Shown one piece after another: positions 13,495-25,469 of a DNA stretch of 64,000 bases; the first letter of the stretch is position 1, and each line of letters starts with the position of its first letter. The notes under the pieces were generated by a model. It did no database searches, was not told the origin of the DNA, and saw nothing but the letters and a program-made list of their open reading frames with translations. Source of the stretch: Isurus oxyrinchus (lineage: Eukaryota). Both the position numbers and the translations under genes were made by a program. The DNA is taken from assembly GCA_026770705.1 (NCBI GenBank), contig JANJGN010000021.1, forward strand, positions 88,970,001-89,034,000, in the 5' to 3' direction.

Positions 13495-15000
13495 GCCTTG
13501 GAAATATTGGATGCATTGGTGGTCATCTGCCAAATTTCTATAGACTTTGCAACAGCTCCTACAGTTTGGAGGGTGGCAAATGTAACCCCACTATTTAAAA
13601 AAGGAGTGAGAGAAAAAATAGTGAATTACAGACCAGTTAGCCTAACATTAGTAGTGGGGAAAATGCTAGAGTCTATTATAAAAGACATGGTAACAGAACA
13701 CTTGGGAAGCATTAACGGGATCAGATAAAGTCAGCATGGGTTTATGAAAGGGAAATCATGCTTAACTAATCTACTGGAATTTTTTGAGGATGTAACTAGT
13801 AGAATAAATAAGGGAGAACCAGTGGATGTGGTGTATTGGGATTTCAAGGTCCCACACATGAGGCTCGTGGGCAAAATTAAAGCACATGGGATGGAGGTAA
13901 TATACTGGCATGCATTGAGAATTGGTTGACAGACCGGAAACAGAGAGTGGGAATAAATGGGTGTTTTTCCGGATGGCAGGCGGTGACTAGTGGTGTACCA
14001 CAGGGATCAGTGCTCGGGCCCCAGGTATTCACGATATATATAAATGACTTGGATGAGGAAACCAAATGCAATATTTCCAAGTTTGCTGATGACATAAAAC
14101 TGGGTGGGGTTGTGAGGAGGGTGCAAGCAGGCTTCAGGGTGATTTAGACAAGTTGTGTGTGTGTGGGCAAACACATGGCAAATGCAGTATAAGTGGATAA
14201 ATGTGAGGTTATATGCTTTGGTGTGAAAAACAGAAGGACAGAGTATTATTTAAATGGTGATATATTGAGAAATGTGCATGTACAAAGGGATTTGAGCATC
14301 CTTATACACCAGTCATTGAAAGTAAACAGGCAGGTGCGGCAAACAATTAGGAAGGCAAATGGTGTGTTGGCCATCATTGCAAGACGATTTGAGTTCAGAA
14401 GTGGGGATGTCTTACTGCAGCTATACAGGGCCTTGGTGAGACCACACCTGGAGTATTGTGTGCAGTTTTGGTCTCCCTACCTAAGAAAGGATATACTTGC
14501 CATAGAGGGAGTGCAGTGAAAGCTCTCTAGGCTGATACCGGAGATGGCAGGACTGTCGTATTAGGAGAGATTTGTTCGACTGGGAATGTGTTCACTAGAG
14601 TTTAGAAGAATGAGAGGGGATCTGATTGAAACGTATAAAATTCGAACAGGGCAAGACAGACTGGATGTAGGGAGGAAGTTTCCCCTGGTTGGGGAGTCTA
14701 GAACCAGGGGCCACAGTCTCAGGATACAGGGCAGGCCGTTTAGGACTGAGATGAGGAAAAGTTTCTTCACTCAGAGGGTAGTCAACCTATGGAATTCTCT
14801 ATCACAGAAGGCTGTGGAGGCCAGGTCACTGAGTATGTTCAAGAAAGAAATTGATAAATGTTTGGATATTAAGGGCATCAAGGGGTATGAAGAGAAAGCA
14901 GGAATATGGCGTTGAGATAGAGATCAGCCATGATCATAATGAATGACAGAGCAGGCTCGAAGGGCCTAATGGTCTACCCCTGCTCCTAGTTTCTATGTTA
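13495..15000 (+). mobile_element. Younger CR1 LINE (5'-truncated, RT pseudogene) nested in older CR1
   Basis: [66 protein letters not shown]. Confidence 0.93.
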
Positions 15001-15523
15001 ACTCAAAGACTATGGGAAAAGAGCAAAGTTTTTGGAACTAGTTGGCTCACTTGGTCGAGGAGCATAATGGGCCGAATGGCCTGCTTCTGTGTTGTATGAT
15101 TCTATGTAACTAATGGTTCTGATATGTATTGTAGCCCAAATATTCAGATGTCTTCCTTTGGCTGTTGGAGCTGTGAAAAGGGAGTAACATAACTTAAGCC
15201 ACTATGCGTAGACAATGGCCCTAAGGTCAGCTTATCTTACTGAATTGTCAGAAGTGTGCTTTACAGAGGGAACAGTTAATAAATGATAGATTAGATTCAA
15301 GAACTTGGAACTAGTTAATGACTGCACAATTCTGAAAATGGATAATTTGAACTTTATTGTCAGTTTGTGTCAAGTCAACTTCTTCACTTTAATTCAGCCT
15401 GCTAACACACTACACTGTGCATTTGCAAGAAGTGGCCCCCGTGGACCCCCCCACTCTGCCCAGAGGCCAGTGTTGCAGCACACAAACACAGCTGCAGAGA
15501 CAAGAAGTGGTGTCACATACTGT

Positions 15524-15626
15524 CTAGTTCTGTCGAAGGGTCATGAGGACTCGAAACGTCAACTCTTTTCTTCTCCGCCGATGCTGCCAGACCTGCTGAG
15601 TTTTTCCAGGTAATTCTGTTTTTGTT
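15524..15626 (+). mobile_element. About 103-bp Penelope-like 3' terminus with 11-bp TSD
   Basis: TCACATACTGT at 15513-15523 and 15627-15637; near-identical to PLE termini at 55032-55131 and 62817-62919. Confidence 0.88.
15526..15564 (+). ncRNA. Minimal type-I hammerhead ribozyme fold (variant core CUGUCGA)
   Basis: AGUU-CUGUCGA-A-GGGUC(AUGAG)GACUC-GAAA-CGUC-AACU: stem I AGUU/AACU, stem II, palindromic ACGU stem III, GUC triplet. Confidence 0.7.
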
Positions 15627-15654
15627 TCACATACTGTAGGTGTTAACCATGGTT

Positions 15655-15930
15655 CTTTAACAGCTATCTCTCATTTGAATTAGAGCTTTGTTGGTTCATG
15701 GCCTACTCCAGAGACTTGAGCACAAAATCATACTTCCAGTGTAGAACTGAGGGAGTGTTGCAGCGTCGGAGTTATTAATTTTCTGATGAGACATTAAAGC
15801 CAGGCACCGTCTGCCCTCTCAGGTGGACGTAAAATATTCTACGACACTATTTTGAAGAAGAGCAGGGGTGTTATTCTAGATGTCCCAACATGTATCCCTT
15901 AACAAACATCACTAAAAACAGATAATTTGG
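15655..15930 (+). mobile_element. DeuSINE-type (SacSINE1-like) SINE
   Basis: ctccagagacttgagcacaaaatc...actgagggagtg...gtctgccctctcaggtggacgtaaaa...gaagaagagcagggg resembles the Deu core as recalled. Confidence 0.65.
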
Positions 15931-16512
15931 ACTAGCCATATAAATACAATAGCTACAAGAGCAGGTCAGAGGCTAGGAATCCTGTGCTGAGTAACTCACC
16001 TCTTGACTGTCCACCATCTACAAGGCACAAGTGATGGAATACCCTTGACTTGCCTGGATGAGTGCAGCTCCTATGACACTCAAGAAGCTTGATGCCGTCT
16101 AGGACAAATCAGCCCTCTTGATTGGAACCCCTTCCACAAACATTCACTCCCACCGCCACCGATGCACGGTGGGCTGCAGTGTGCACCATCTACAGGATGC
16201 ACTGCAGCAACTCACCAAGGCTCCTTAGACAGCACCTTCCAAACCCACGACCGCTACCATCCAGAAGGACAAGGGCAGCAGATGCATGGGAACACCACCA
16301 CCTGTAAGTTCCCCTCTAGGCCACACACCATCCTGACTTGGAAATATATCGCTGTTCCTTCAATGTCACTGGGTCAAAATCCTGGAACTCCCTTCCTAAC
16401 AGCACTGTGGGTGTACCTACACCACATGGACTGCTCACTACCACCTTATCAAGGCCAATTAGGGATGGGCAAGAAATGCTGGACTTGCCAGCGACGCCCA
16501 CATCCCCTAAAT
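15930..16512 (+). mobile_element. L2/CR1-clade LINE 3' fragment
   Basis: LAWMSAAP.TLKKLD, AAVCTIYRMHCSNSPRLLRQHLPNPRPLP, tail agggatgggcaa. Confidence 0.85.
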
Positions 16513-19500
16513 AAATTTTTAAAAAAGGCAAATTGGTTGCTGTGTTTCTTACATTACAACAGTGACTTCACTTGTAAAGCACTTTAAAGCACTTTGGGAT
16601 GTTCTGACCTTATGAAATGCAAATCTTGCTTTCTTTTATGAATCATGTCAGCAACAGGTCTGAAATGACTGACAAAGCCAGAAAGAGACATGAGTTGGCG
16701 GGGAGGGAGGGAGGGCTGTGGGCAGGAAAAGCAGCATCATCAGAAGGACAGGCTGTCAGTAACCAGGAAGTGGTAACATCTGGCAGGAGGAAAACAGAAG
16801 CCATCAAATTTGGTAAGATTTGAGTAGCAGCCTCGCCAATATGAGATGGTGCATTCTTACAGTCTGAGGTAAAAAATTAAAACCAATGCTGCAAGAGTTC
16901 TTGGAAGGAAGTGGCAGCGTCAGTATATATAACGTCCCTAACCAGCGGGGTGGCTCTGCAATGCGACAAATAGTTCAGTGATCTGGTGGGGATAGCGGGA
17001 GATTGGTGCAGTGACAGTGATATGTCATCACTAATTATTATCATATAAAGAAACCACAGCGATTAGCACTGCTGCACGTCCCAAATGCTCTGGTGCTATA
17101 CATCGTGGGTGTCTTAGTGACAGCTGCTGTTGCTCATCTGCCTGGGTCAAGAAAGACCTGCATTTTCTACCTATTTTTATGATCAACAGGAGCTGTTAGT
17201 GCCAATAACATTTGTTGCATTAGATTCTTTAAGGCAGGGATACCCGGGCTTGGAGAATAGTGACCTTAACCCGTGAGTGCAATGGCAAGAATGAGCATGA
17301 CATGACTCGCAGTTTCTTGAATAAGTTGGCTTCACAGCTCTTAACCTGCAACTGAGCCCAAAGCTGTCATCTCCTTGTCATGCCCGGCTTCTACTGACAC
17401 TATGATTTCAGCCTCGGCCTTTTCTTGCTCCATGGCATTATCTATCTGCAAGTCTTTCTGCTATAATTAATCTGGACACTTATTGGTGACAGCCTGATCA
17501 GCACAGCTCGATCCATAAGGTTGAACCTCCATCCAAAAGAGGCAATTTTTTTTACAAAGCCAGAGCCTTGCCTTACTTTGCCTGAATATTAATCTTTGGC
17601 TGTTTGACCCTGGAGATCCTGTCAGGACATTTCCTCCCATGTTGAGGCAGCTTTGCAGAAAGTACAGTTGGTGACTGGAAACATGGATTTCTCAGTGGGA
17701 ATCCCATTATTCCTCTGTTTCAAGAAGAAGGAGGATCCGGAAAAAGAAATAGATTGGAAGCATGTATATTTGGGCCTTAGAAGAGCTGCTTGTTCCCGAT
17801 TAAGAAAGTATAGTTTAGATTTCCCTTTTCTCAGAGTTAATCAGAGAAGCCACTGACATGTGCTATTGCATGGAGTAACTCGATGTTGTAGCAATTGCTG
17901 CTAAAATAATGGTGAGGCTAATGGCAAATGGTACAGCAATTTCAAGAGAGGGGCAGCTACATGGTTAAACTCAAATATTCAGAAGTTGTTAAGCTTCACA
18001 AAAATGGCGTCTCACTGTAACTCATCATTGAAATGTGTTGAATGGTATGAAGTTGCTGCATTTGCACAGCAGATACAAAATAACTTCAACACAGAAAGTT
18101 GAATCAAGTCATTTCAAGTTTAAGAAACCTTTTAGCGAGGTGATGAATGTTAGTTATTGTTAGTCAACTCTGGCACCAATAATTAATTGTTGTAAGTGTG
18201 GAGTCTCATTCCTTTCCAGGTTTCAATTGTTGCTGTGTAAATTTTTAAATCTCTTTTAAAAACGTTCCTTTCCTTACTCTTTTTTTCTATTTTGTTTGTA
18301 ATCCAATCTTTGTTTTCCTCTTTTCAGTTCTTTTTCTGTATCTGATTTGTCATTGAATTCATTCATTCAGTTTCACACTTCCTTCTCAATCCTTGCACTA
18401 CTTATTTCACAATCATTCAAGGTGTTTGGTTATGGAGAGGCACAGTTGCTTGTCCTAACATCAAGCAGTCCTAGCAAATTGTATGAGTCATGATTTAAGC
18501 TGACTTAGATTTTTAGATTTTATTTAACTTGGCCATATTATTATAAGCCTTTAAAAACATATAATCTGCAAAGAGCTAACATGGTCAAGTCAGTGTTTTA
18601 TACTGGCATGTGAACAGAAAAGAATCCCCTTAGATGCTGTTAACCTTTACAACTAACACAATACAGTATTCTGAAATTGTTACCGACTAGCAACAGATGA
18701 AAGTCTGAAAGAAGTAAAAGTGCTGTCACAGCCAGGGAAACAGAGAAGTCTGAACTCCGTGGGATTCTCTGTATCAGGAACACAACGATCTTGACTCCGT
18801 AGGCCTGGATCTAATGAATGGGACTTCTGTGAAACGCAGTTTAAAGCAAGGCATTGTTTTAAGTTTAAAGTGATTTACGCAATTAGTTAGGACCAATGGA
18901 AGCTAACCCTTACAATTATTGATGAACTATTGATCAATTAGCCATTTCTAACAACATTATCAAAGGTAGGCTCCTAATATCTTTAGAATATTTAAAAGGG
19001 TTATGGGAACCATCTTATAGGCACATCTACGGTGCAAGAGCTAGTTTAGATCTTCGGGGGTAGTTGAGCATTCTTCTATCAGTACAAAGATTGTTTCCAA
19101 TGACTTTAGGGACAGTCGAGCGGTTTTCTGTCAACGTAGAGTTTGAGTGTGGTTAGTACTGGGATTGGTTCAGAGAAGGCTTCCCTCCCAGTAGAAATCC
19201 CAGGAAGGTGTAGTGCTTCTCAGAGGCAGTGACTGGTTCTCTATCGGGGTGAGGAATTGAGGTCGTTGTTTGCTTCTTCTGGACTGGCCATCCATTTGGA
19301 AGCGTGAAGTTGGTAGAGTTTTGTTGATACTTTACTTTCATTCTTTCTCTATTAGTTTTAGTTCATTGAGTAAATTGATTGATAAGTCTTTGATTAACAA
19401 TTGTATTTTTGTTTAAAAAATTGCTTATAATCAATAAACTTTAATATTATTTGCTAATTCAGAGTCTGAGTATTTGCCTGGTGGTTATATCTCTGTTGAA

Positions 19501-19639
19501 CTAAATGAGTTTAAAAGGGAAATTTAGGTTCCAGTTATTAGCTGTGCATAGCTAAATTAAATGAGGTCTAATTTATTTTTAAAAAAGCCTTTTAAAACCC
19601 TACAAGGGGGAAAACTCTCCACTGGTTGAAGTCATACCG

Positions 19640-20792
19640 AACACAAAGGAAGATTTAGGAGGTCAATCATCTCAACCCCAGAGCATCGTTGTAGGACAGT
19701 GGGATAGTCCAAACTAGCTGCTTCATCAGTGACCTTGTAGTGACCTTGCTCCATCATAAGGTCAGAAATGGGGATTTTCACTGATGATTTCAAAATGTTC
19801 AGTTCCATTTGCAACTCCTTAGTTACAGAAACAGTCCATGCCCACATGCAGCGAGACCTGGACGACATTTAGGCTTGGACTGATAAGTAGCAAGTGACAT
19901 TCACACCAGACATTGACCAACTCCAACAAGAGAGAATCTAACTATGTTCCCTTGACATTCAATAGCATCACTCTCACTGAATCCCCCACTATCAACATCC
20001 TGGGATTACCGTTGACCATAACTTAACTGGGCCAGCCATATAATTTTCTTTTTTTTATTCATTGGATGTGGATGTCACTGGCCAGGCCAGCATTTATTAC
20101 CCATCCCTAGTTGTCCTAGTTCAGAGGGCATTTCAGAGACAACCACATTACTGTGGGCTCTGGAGTTACATGTAGGCCAGACCAGGTAAAGACAGCAGAT
20201 TTCCTTCCCTAAAGGACATTAGTGAATAAGATGGGTTTTTACAACATTCAACAATTATTTCATGATCATCATTAGACTTTTAATTCCAGATTTTAATTGA
20301 ATTCAAATTCCACCATCTGCCATGATGGGATTTGAACCCAAGTCACCAGAGCATTACCCTGGGTCTCTGGATTACTATTCCAGCAACTATAACACTACGC
20401 CATTGCCTCCCTGACTGAAAGAACAAGGCAGAGGGTGGGAGATCTGTGACTCCCAAAGAATGTCCTCCATCTATAAGGCAGAAGTCAAGAGTGTGATGGA
20501 ATGCCCTCCACTTGCCTGGATGAGTGCAGCTCCAACAACACCTAAGAAGCTTGAGATCATCCAACATAAAGTAAACTGCATGATTGGCATCCCATCCACC
20601 ACGTTAAACAGACCATCCTGACTTGGAACTAACTTGCTGTTCCTTCACTGTCACTGGATCAAAATCCTGGACCTTACTTCCTACCAGCAGTGCAGCTGTA
20701 GCTGTGGTTCACAAAAGTGGCTCATTACCACCTTCTCAAGGGCAATTTTATATGAGCAACAAATGTTGGCCTTGGCAGCAACGCCCACATCT
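19640..20792 (+). mobile_element. L2/CR1-clade LINE fragment interrupted by a reverse tRNA-SINE (about 20050-20412)
   Basis: MGIFTDD (FADD-like) motif, ccccactatcaacatcctggg, cttgcctggatgagtgcagctcc; SINE in minus orientation inside. Confidence 0.75.
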
Positions 20793-20999
20793 CTTAACAG
20801 AATTTGTTTTTAATTGAATTTAAATTCTGCCAGCTACCATTGCAGGATTTGAAACTGTACCCCCAGAAGATTAATCCAGTCTTCTAGCTCAGTAGCATTA
20901 TCACTACACCACCATCTATCCTTACTAATACATTTCAATCATACAGTTGAGAGGTGCCTCATTCAGCAGCATGCATGTTCATCTGTGCACATTTAAGTG

Positions 21000-22110
21000 A
21001 GGTTATTAACAAGAATGCATAGATAGAGGATTGGCTAACTAATAGAAGACAGAGAGTTGGGATAAGGGGGACATTTATGGGATGGCAACCTGTAGATGGA
21101 GTGGAGTGCCACAAGGGTCGGTGCTGGGGTCTCAATTATTTACAATATACATTAATGACTTAGATGAGGGAAGTGAATGTACTATCACCAGGTTTGCGGA
21201 TCACACAAGAATGGGTGGGAAGGCAAGTGGTGAGGATGACACAAAGAGTCTACAGAGGGATATAGACAGATTAAGTGAGTGGGCAAAAACTTAGCAGATG
21301 GAATATAATGTGGGAAAATGTGACGTTATGCACTTTGGCAGGAAGAATGGAGGAGCTGAATGTTATTTAAATGGAGAAAGACTGCAGAAGGCTGCAGCAC
21401 AGAGGGGTTTGGGAGTTCTTGTGCATGAATCCCAAAAAGCTAACATACAAGTTCAACAGATAATAGGGAAGGCAAATGGAATGTTGGCCTTTATTTAAAG
21501 GGAATAGAGTACAAAAATAGGGAAGTCTTGCTAAAACAATGTGAGGCACTGGTGAGACCACACCTAAAGTACTGTGAACCATTTTGGTCCCCTTATCTAA
21601 GGAAAGATATACTGGCATTGGAGGCAGTCCAGAGAAGGTTCACTAAGTTGATCCGGGGGTTGAAGCAATTTTCTTATGAGGAGAGATTGAGTCAGTTGGG
21701 CCTGTACTCATTGGAGTTCAGAAGAATGAGAGGGGCTCTTATCGAAACATATAAGATTCTTAAGGGGCTTGACAGGGTAGATGCTGGGAGGTTGTTTCCT
21801 CTTGTGGAGGAGTCGAGGACCAGAGGGTACAATCTCAGAGGAAGGGGGCGCCCATTTAAAACAGAGATGAGGAGGAATTTCTTCTCTCAGAGGGTAGTCA
21901 ATCTGTGGAACTCTTTACCGCAGAGGGCTGTAGAAGCTGGGTTGTTTAGTGTATTCAAGACTGAGATAGGCAGATTTTTAATCAGTGAGGGAATCAAGGC
22001 AGGAAAGTGGAGTTGAGGATTATCAGATCAGCCATGATCACACTGAATGGCAGAGCAGACTCGGTGGGCTAAATGGACTACTTTTGCTCCTACATCCTAT
22101 TATGGTCTTA
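21000..22110 (+). mobile_element. CR1 LINE, 5'-truncated
   Basis: [39 protein letters not shown]; tail tatggtcttatg. Confidence 0.92.
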
Positions 22111-22140
22111 TGAATGACCTTAGCATTTCAAGAACTTTAT

Positions 22141-22436
22141 GGGGAGAATTTTCCAGTCAGCGATGGGGGCGGGGCCCACATTGGGCTTCCCGATGTTACC
22201 CCATGTCGCTTAGATTTTCAGCTCGGAGGGCATGCACCGGAGTCAGCTGCGTGCCCGTCAAACTGTCAAAGGTCAATTAAGGCCTGTTTAAAACTAATTA
22301 AATCAATTAAACTGAGCTGCCCGTCCAACATTGAGGTTGCCGGCGTAAAATGGTGGTGCGCACTCGATCGGGTTTGCGCTTGCTCCCACCTACCCCTGCA
22401 CGACCCCTCCGACGGGGGGCGGGGAACATTCAGCCC
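22141..22436. mobile_element. Harbinger-type MITE
   Basis: Imperfect TIRs GGGGAGAATTTTCC / GGAACATTCAGCCC, flanked by TAT on both sides (22138-40, 22437-39). Confidence 0.75.
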
Positions 22437-22539
22437 TATGATTCTGAAGAATAAATTGCACACCTAATCATAAACAATGCATGCTCCAAGACTTCCAGCT
22501 ATCCCAAAAAGCATGTCTCTCTTTAACTGGCTGTAACTA

Positions 22540-22768
22540 TTTAAAGGCTACATCACTGTAATACATCACTGGAAGACCACCCAGTGCTTGTCAGCCAATC
22601 AAGGACAGTATAATCATTACTAACTAGCTCTGAAGAAGAGTCAGATGGACTCGAAACGTTAACTCTTTTCCTCTCTCCACAGATGCTGCCAGGCCTGCTG
22701 AGTTTTTCCAGCATTTTCTGTTTTTATTTCAAATTTCCAGCATCTGCAGTATTTTGCTCTTATTTTAC
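22540..22768 (+). mobile_element. Penelope-like terminus
   Basis: cagatgctgccaggcctgctgagtttttccagcattttctgtttttatttc...ccagcatctgcagtattttgc, same family as other PLE ends. Confidence 0.8.
22626..22664 (+). ncRNA. Minimal hammerhead ribozyme fold with canonical core
   Basis: AGCU-CUGAAGA-A-GAGUC(AGAUG)GACUC-GAAA-CGUU-AACU; perfect 5-bp stem II; one mismatch in stem I. Confidence 0.75.
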
Positions 22769-23364
22769 TGGATGAATATTGGGTGCACTGGGAGGGAAGT
22801 TCAATGGTGGGGTTCTGCGGGTGGGCACTGCATTGTTAAGCTGGGGAGAGAATCCAGTCCATAATCAGGTGCCCAGAGGAAACTGACAGGTGGACCGCAA
22901 GCCAAAGGCCACAGGTTTCAAATGATTCAGAAGAATCAGTGTGAAGACATAGCGAGTTGTTATGATCTGAAATACACTGTCTGAAAGGGTGGCGAACACA
23001 GAGTCAACAATAACCTTCAAAGAGGAGATGGACATATACTCAAAGGGGAATATGTGTAGGGCGAGAGGGAAAGAGCAAGGGAGTGGGACTAATTCGACAT
23101 CCCTTTCAATGAGCCATCACAGGCTCGACAGGCCAAACTGCCTCCTTCTGTGTTGAACTATCCTGTGATTTAGGAGTTAGGTTGGCCTCTGACCTGACAT
23201 TGCTCTGTGTGGGCGGGGGTTTCAATCTGCAAGTTTAATATTGTGACTGTGATGTTTAACTTGACAAACTGACTAGAGCAGCGCAATAAATAATTCATCA
23301 ATGAAGATGTTGCAAGTGGATGTGGCACTTCAACCTGCACCTTTCTATTCACCTGGGCTTATCA

Positions 23365-23675
23365 GTTCATTTCTCTCCCCTTTCTGTGTTCTCTTGTACT
23401 CTTTCTCCTGACCCCTTTCCATGTGCTCTTTCTTCTTGCTGTTCTCTCTCTCTCTCTCTCCCATACTTTCCCCAATTCTCTTCTTTCCCTTTGTTCTGTT
23501 TTCTCTCTCTGGGCTCTTACCTCCTTTGTTCTATTTCCCATCGTCCGTCCTTTTGTTCTCTCCCATTCTCTCCTTTCTCCCATTCTGTTCTCTATCCCTC
23601 TCCCACTCTCTTATCCTCTCCCATGCTCTTTCTCGCTCTATTTCCCATTTCTGTTTTTATTCTGGCCTCTTTCCA
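23365..23675. repeat. CT-rich low-complexity tract
   Basis: Polypyrimidine and (CT)n composition. Confidence 0.85.
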
Positions 23676-24559
23676 TAATAGAGACACCAATAAAGACAGA
23701 GTCCACATAGAATGAATGAAATAACAGTCAGCTTGTGGCAGGAAGGCATTCTGAGGCGAGGGGCCCAGAGAGAGGAGACAACATTCACTGTAAACTATTT
23801 GACTTTCAGACACGTCAACTCACAAACTGATCACAAGAAATGCAATTTTCCAGTCAAATTCTACCTCCCTCATGATCTCATGAATGGGTGCTTAAAACTT
23901 GGATATTTAATTGTCCTTCATGCGACTGGTCAAACCCGTACATAACCCAAGACTCCGGAGAGGAAACAGGACATGGGGCCTGCTGTAGCATGTTGCTTTG
24001 CCAGGCCTGGAGCCTGAACCATTGACACCAAGATGCATCCCCTAACTAGATGGAGTGAGCCATGAAGGGAAGGATCTGAACTTTTGTGGGAGAAGGCCTG
24101 ACATTGAGGTATCTGAGTGTCCCCAAGGGGTCCTAAATCATTAATTAGGCCCATCTTTAGTTTATGCACATTTGAGCCAACCGTTCTGGTACTGGAAAAT
24201 GGCCTGACTCAATCTAAAGTTAGAGTTTATCCTTGGGATGCAGGACAATGAAAAAGGCCTCTTCATGCACAAATGGGCATTAACATAGTTTTTGTAAAGA
24301 TTTCTGACCTGTTGTAGATTAATAAAGTCACTAATGAGATTTCTAAATCAACTGTTTTGGTTTATTTTTGAAAATAAAACTTTTTTATATACAAAACCTT
24401 ATAAATTTTAACAGTTTCTCTTTCTGATTTATTTGACAGTGTGCTTTGCATTGCTGCACTTTGACCCATGAGTGCAGTTTAATGTCATAGCTCAGTGGGT
24501 GAATACACTGCCTCGTGGTAATGAAAATATTCAGAGCAAGATGGCTGATCCCTGATCAG

Positions 24560-25250
24560 GACAGAGTGAGCTGATTATAGATAGAGTAATGAAGGGTTTT
24601 ACAGCTGCTCTCAGTACAGGGTAAGTTGTGAGGCCAGGAGAGGTGTTCACTACCCGGAGGATGGAAGGAGGGGACCGAGCTGTCAGGCGAATCCTGCATG
24701 GGGGCAACTCTCCAGGGTGGTCAGTGCCCAGAACCTCCACCAGAAGACTGCCTGGAAGTGCAGGAAATGGATGAATGGCCTCATCTGCGCCACTAAGGTT
24801 AATGAGCCCTCAGCTGCTCACACTCACCTCACTGAATGGCAGAGGGGACCATCCACACAGCCCATGCATAGAAGAGCTACTCATCCTGACAAGGTGATGC
24901 CTCATAGCCCCACTGCAATCCTAGTCTGCAGGCAGAGAGGCTACTGTGGGTCTCCTGAGCCTTCCACACTGGGAGATCAGACACTGCACGGGAGGAGGCT
25001 GGGGGAGGAGGGGGGAAGCTTAGGAATTGAGGGCACCTGCAAGCACTGCTTCTCTGAGCCTTACCCTTCTCACGGCATGGGCTCACTGCTGCCCTCAGAG
25101 CCTTGTGGACAACCTGCAGTGCATCAGTCACATGGTTCACAATCCAGTGGGTTACTTGTAAGACTGGAAGCAGGAGAAAGATACGTGCAACCAAATAGCT
25201 CTCAACCCCATCTTCTCTCTTTGCGCAGGAAAAGTTGAGGCACAACAGGA
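24560..25250 (+). mobile_element. Degenerate Harbinger Myb/SANT-like fragment
   Basis: KTAWKCRKWMNGLICATK|gt, equivalent to QLRKRMNDLIRSAK|gt at about 26090-26130. Confidence 0.6.
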
Positions 25251-25469
25251 GAGAGAGAGAGAGTGAGAGAGACAGATAGAAAGAGAGAGAGAGAGAAGAC
25301 AGGAGGGGGCCGGCCTGACCTCAAGAACCTCACTGAGTTTGGGGAGCGGGCAGCCCAGATGGCAGGGAGAGAACTGGACTGAGTCTGTGCGGATGGAGAG
25401 GTCAGAGGGCAGCCTCCACCCAGTAGGGATCCATGCAGAATGTAGTCACATACAGCGGCATTTTCCATT

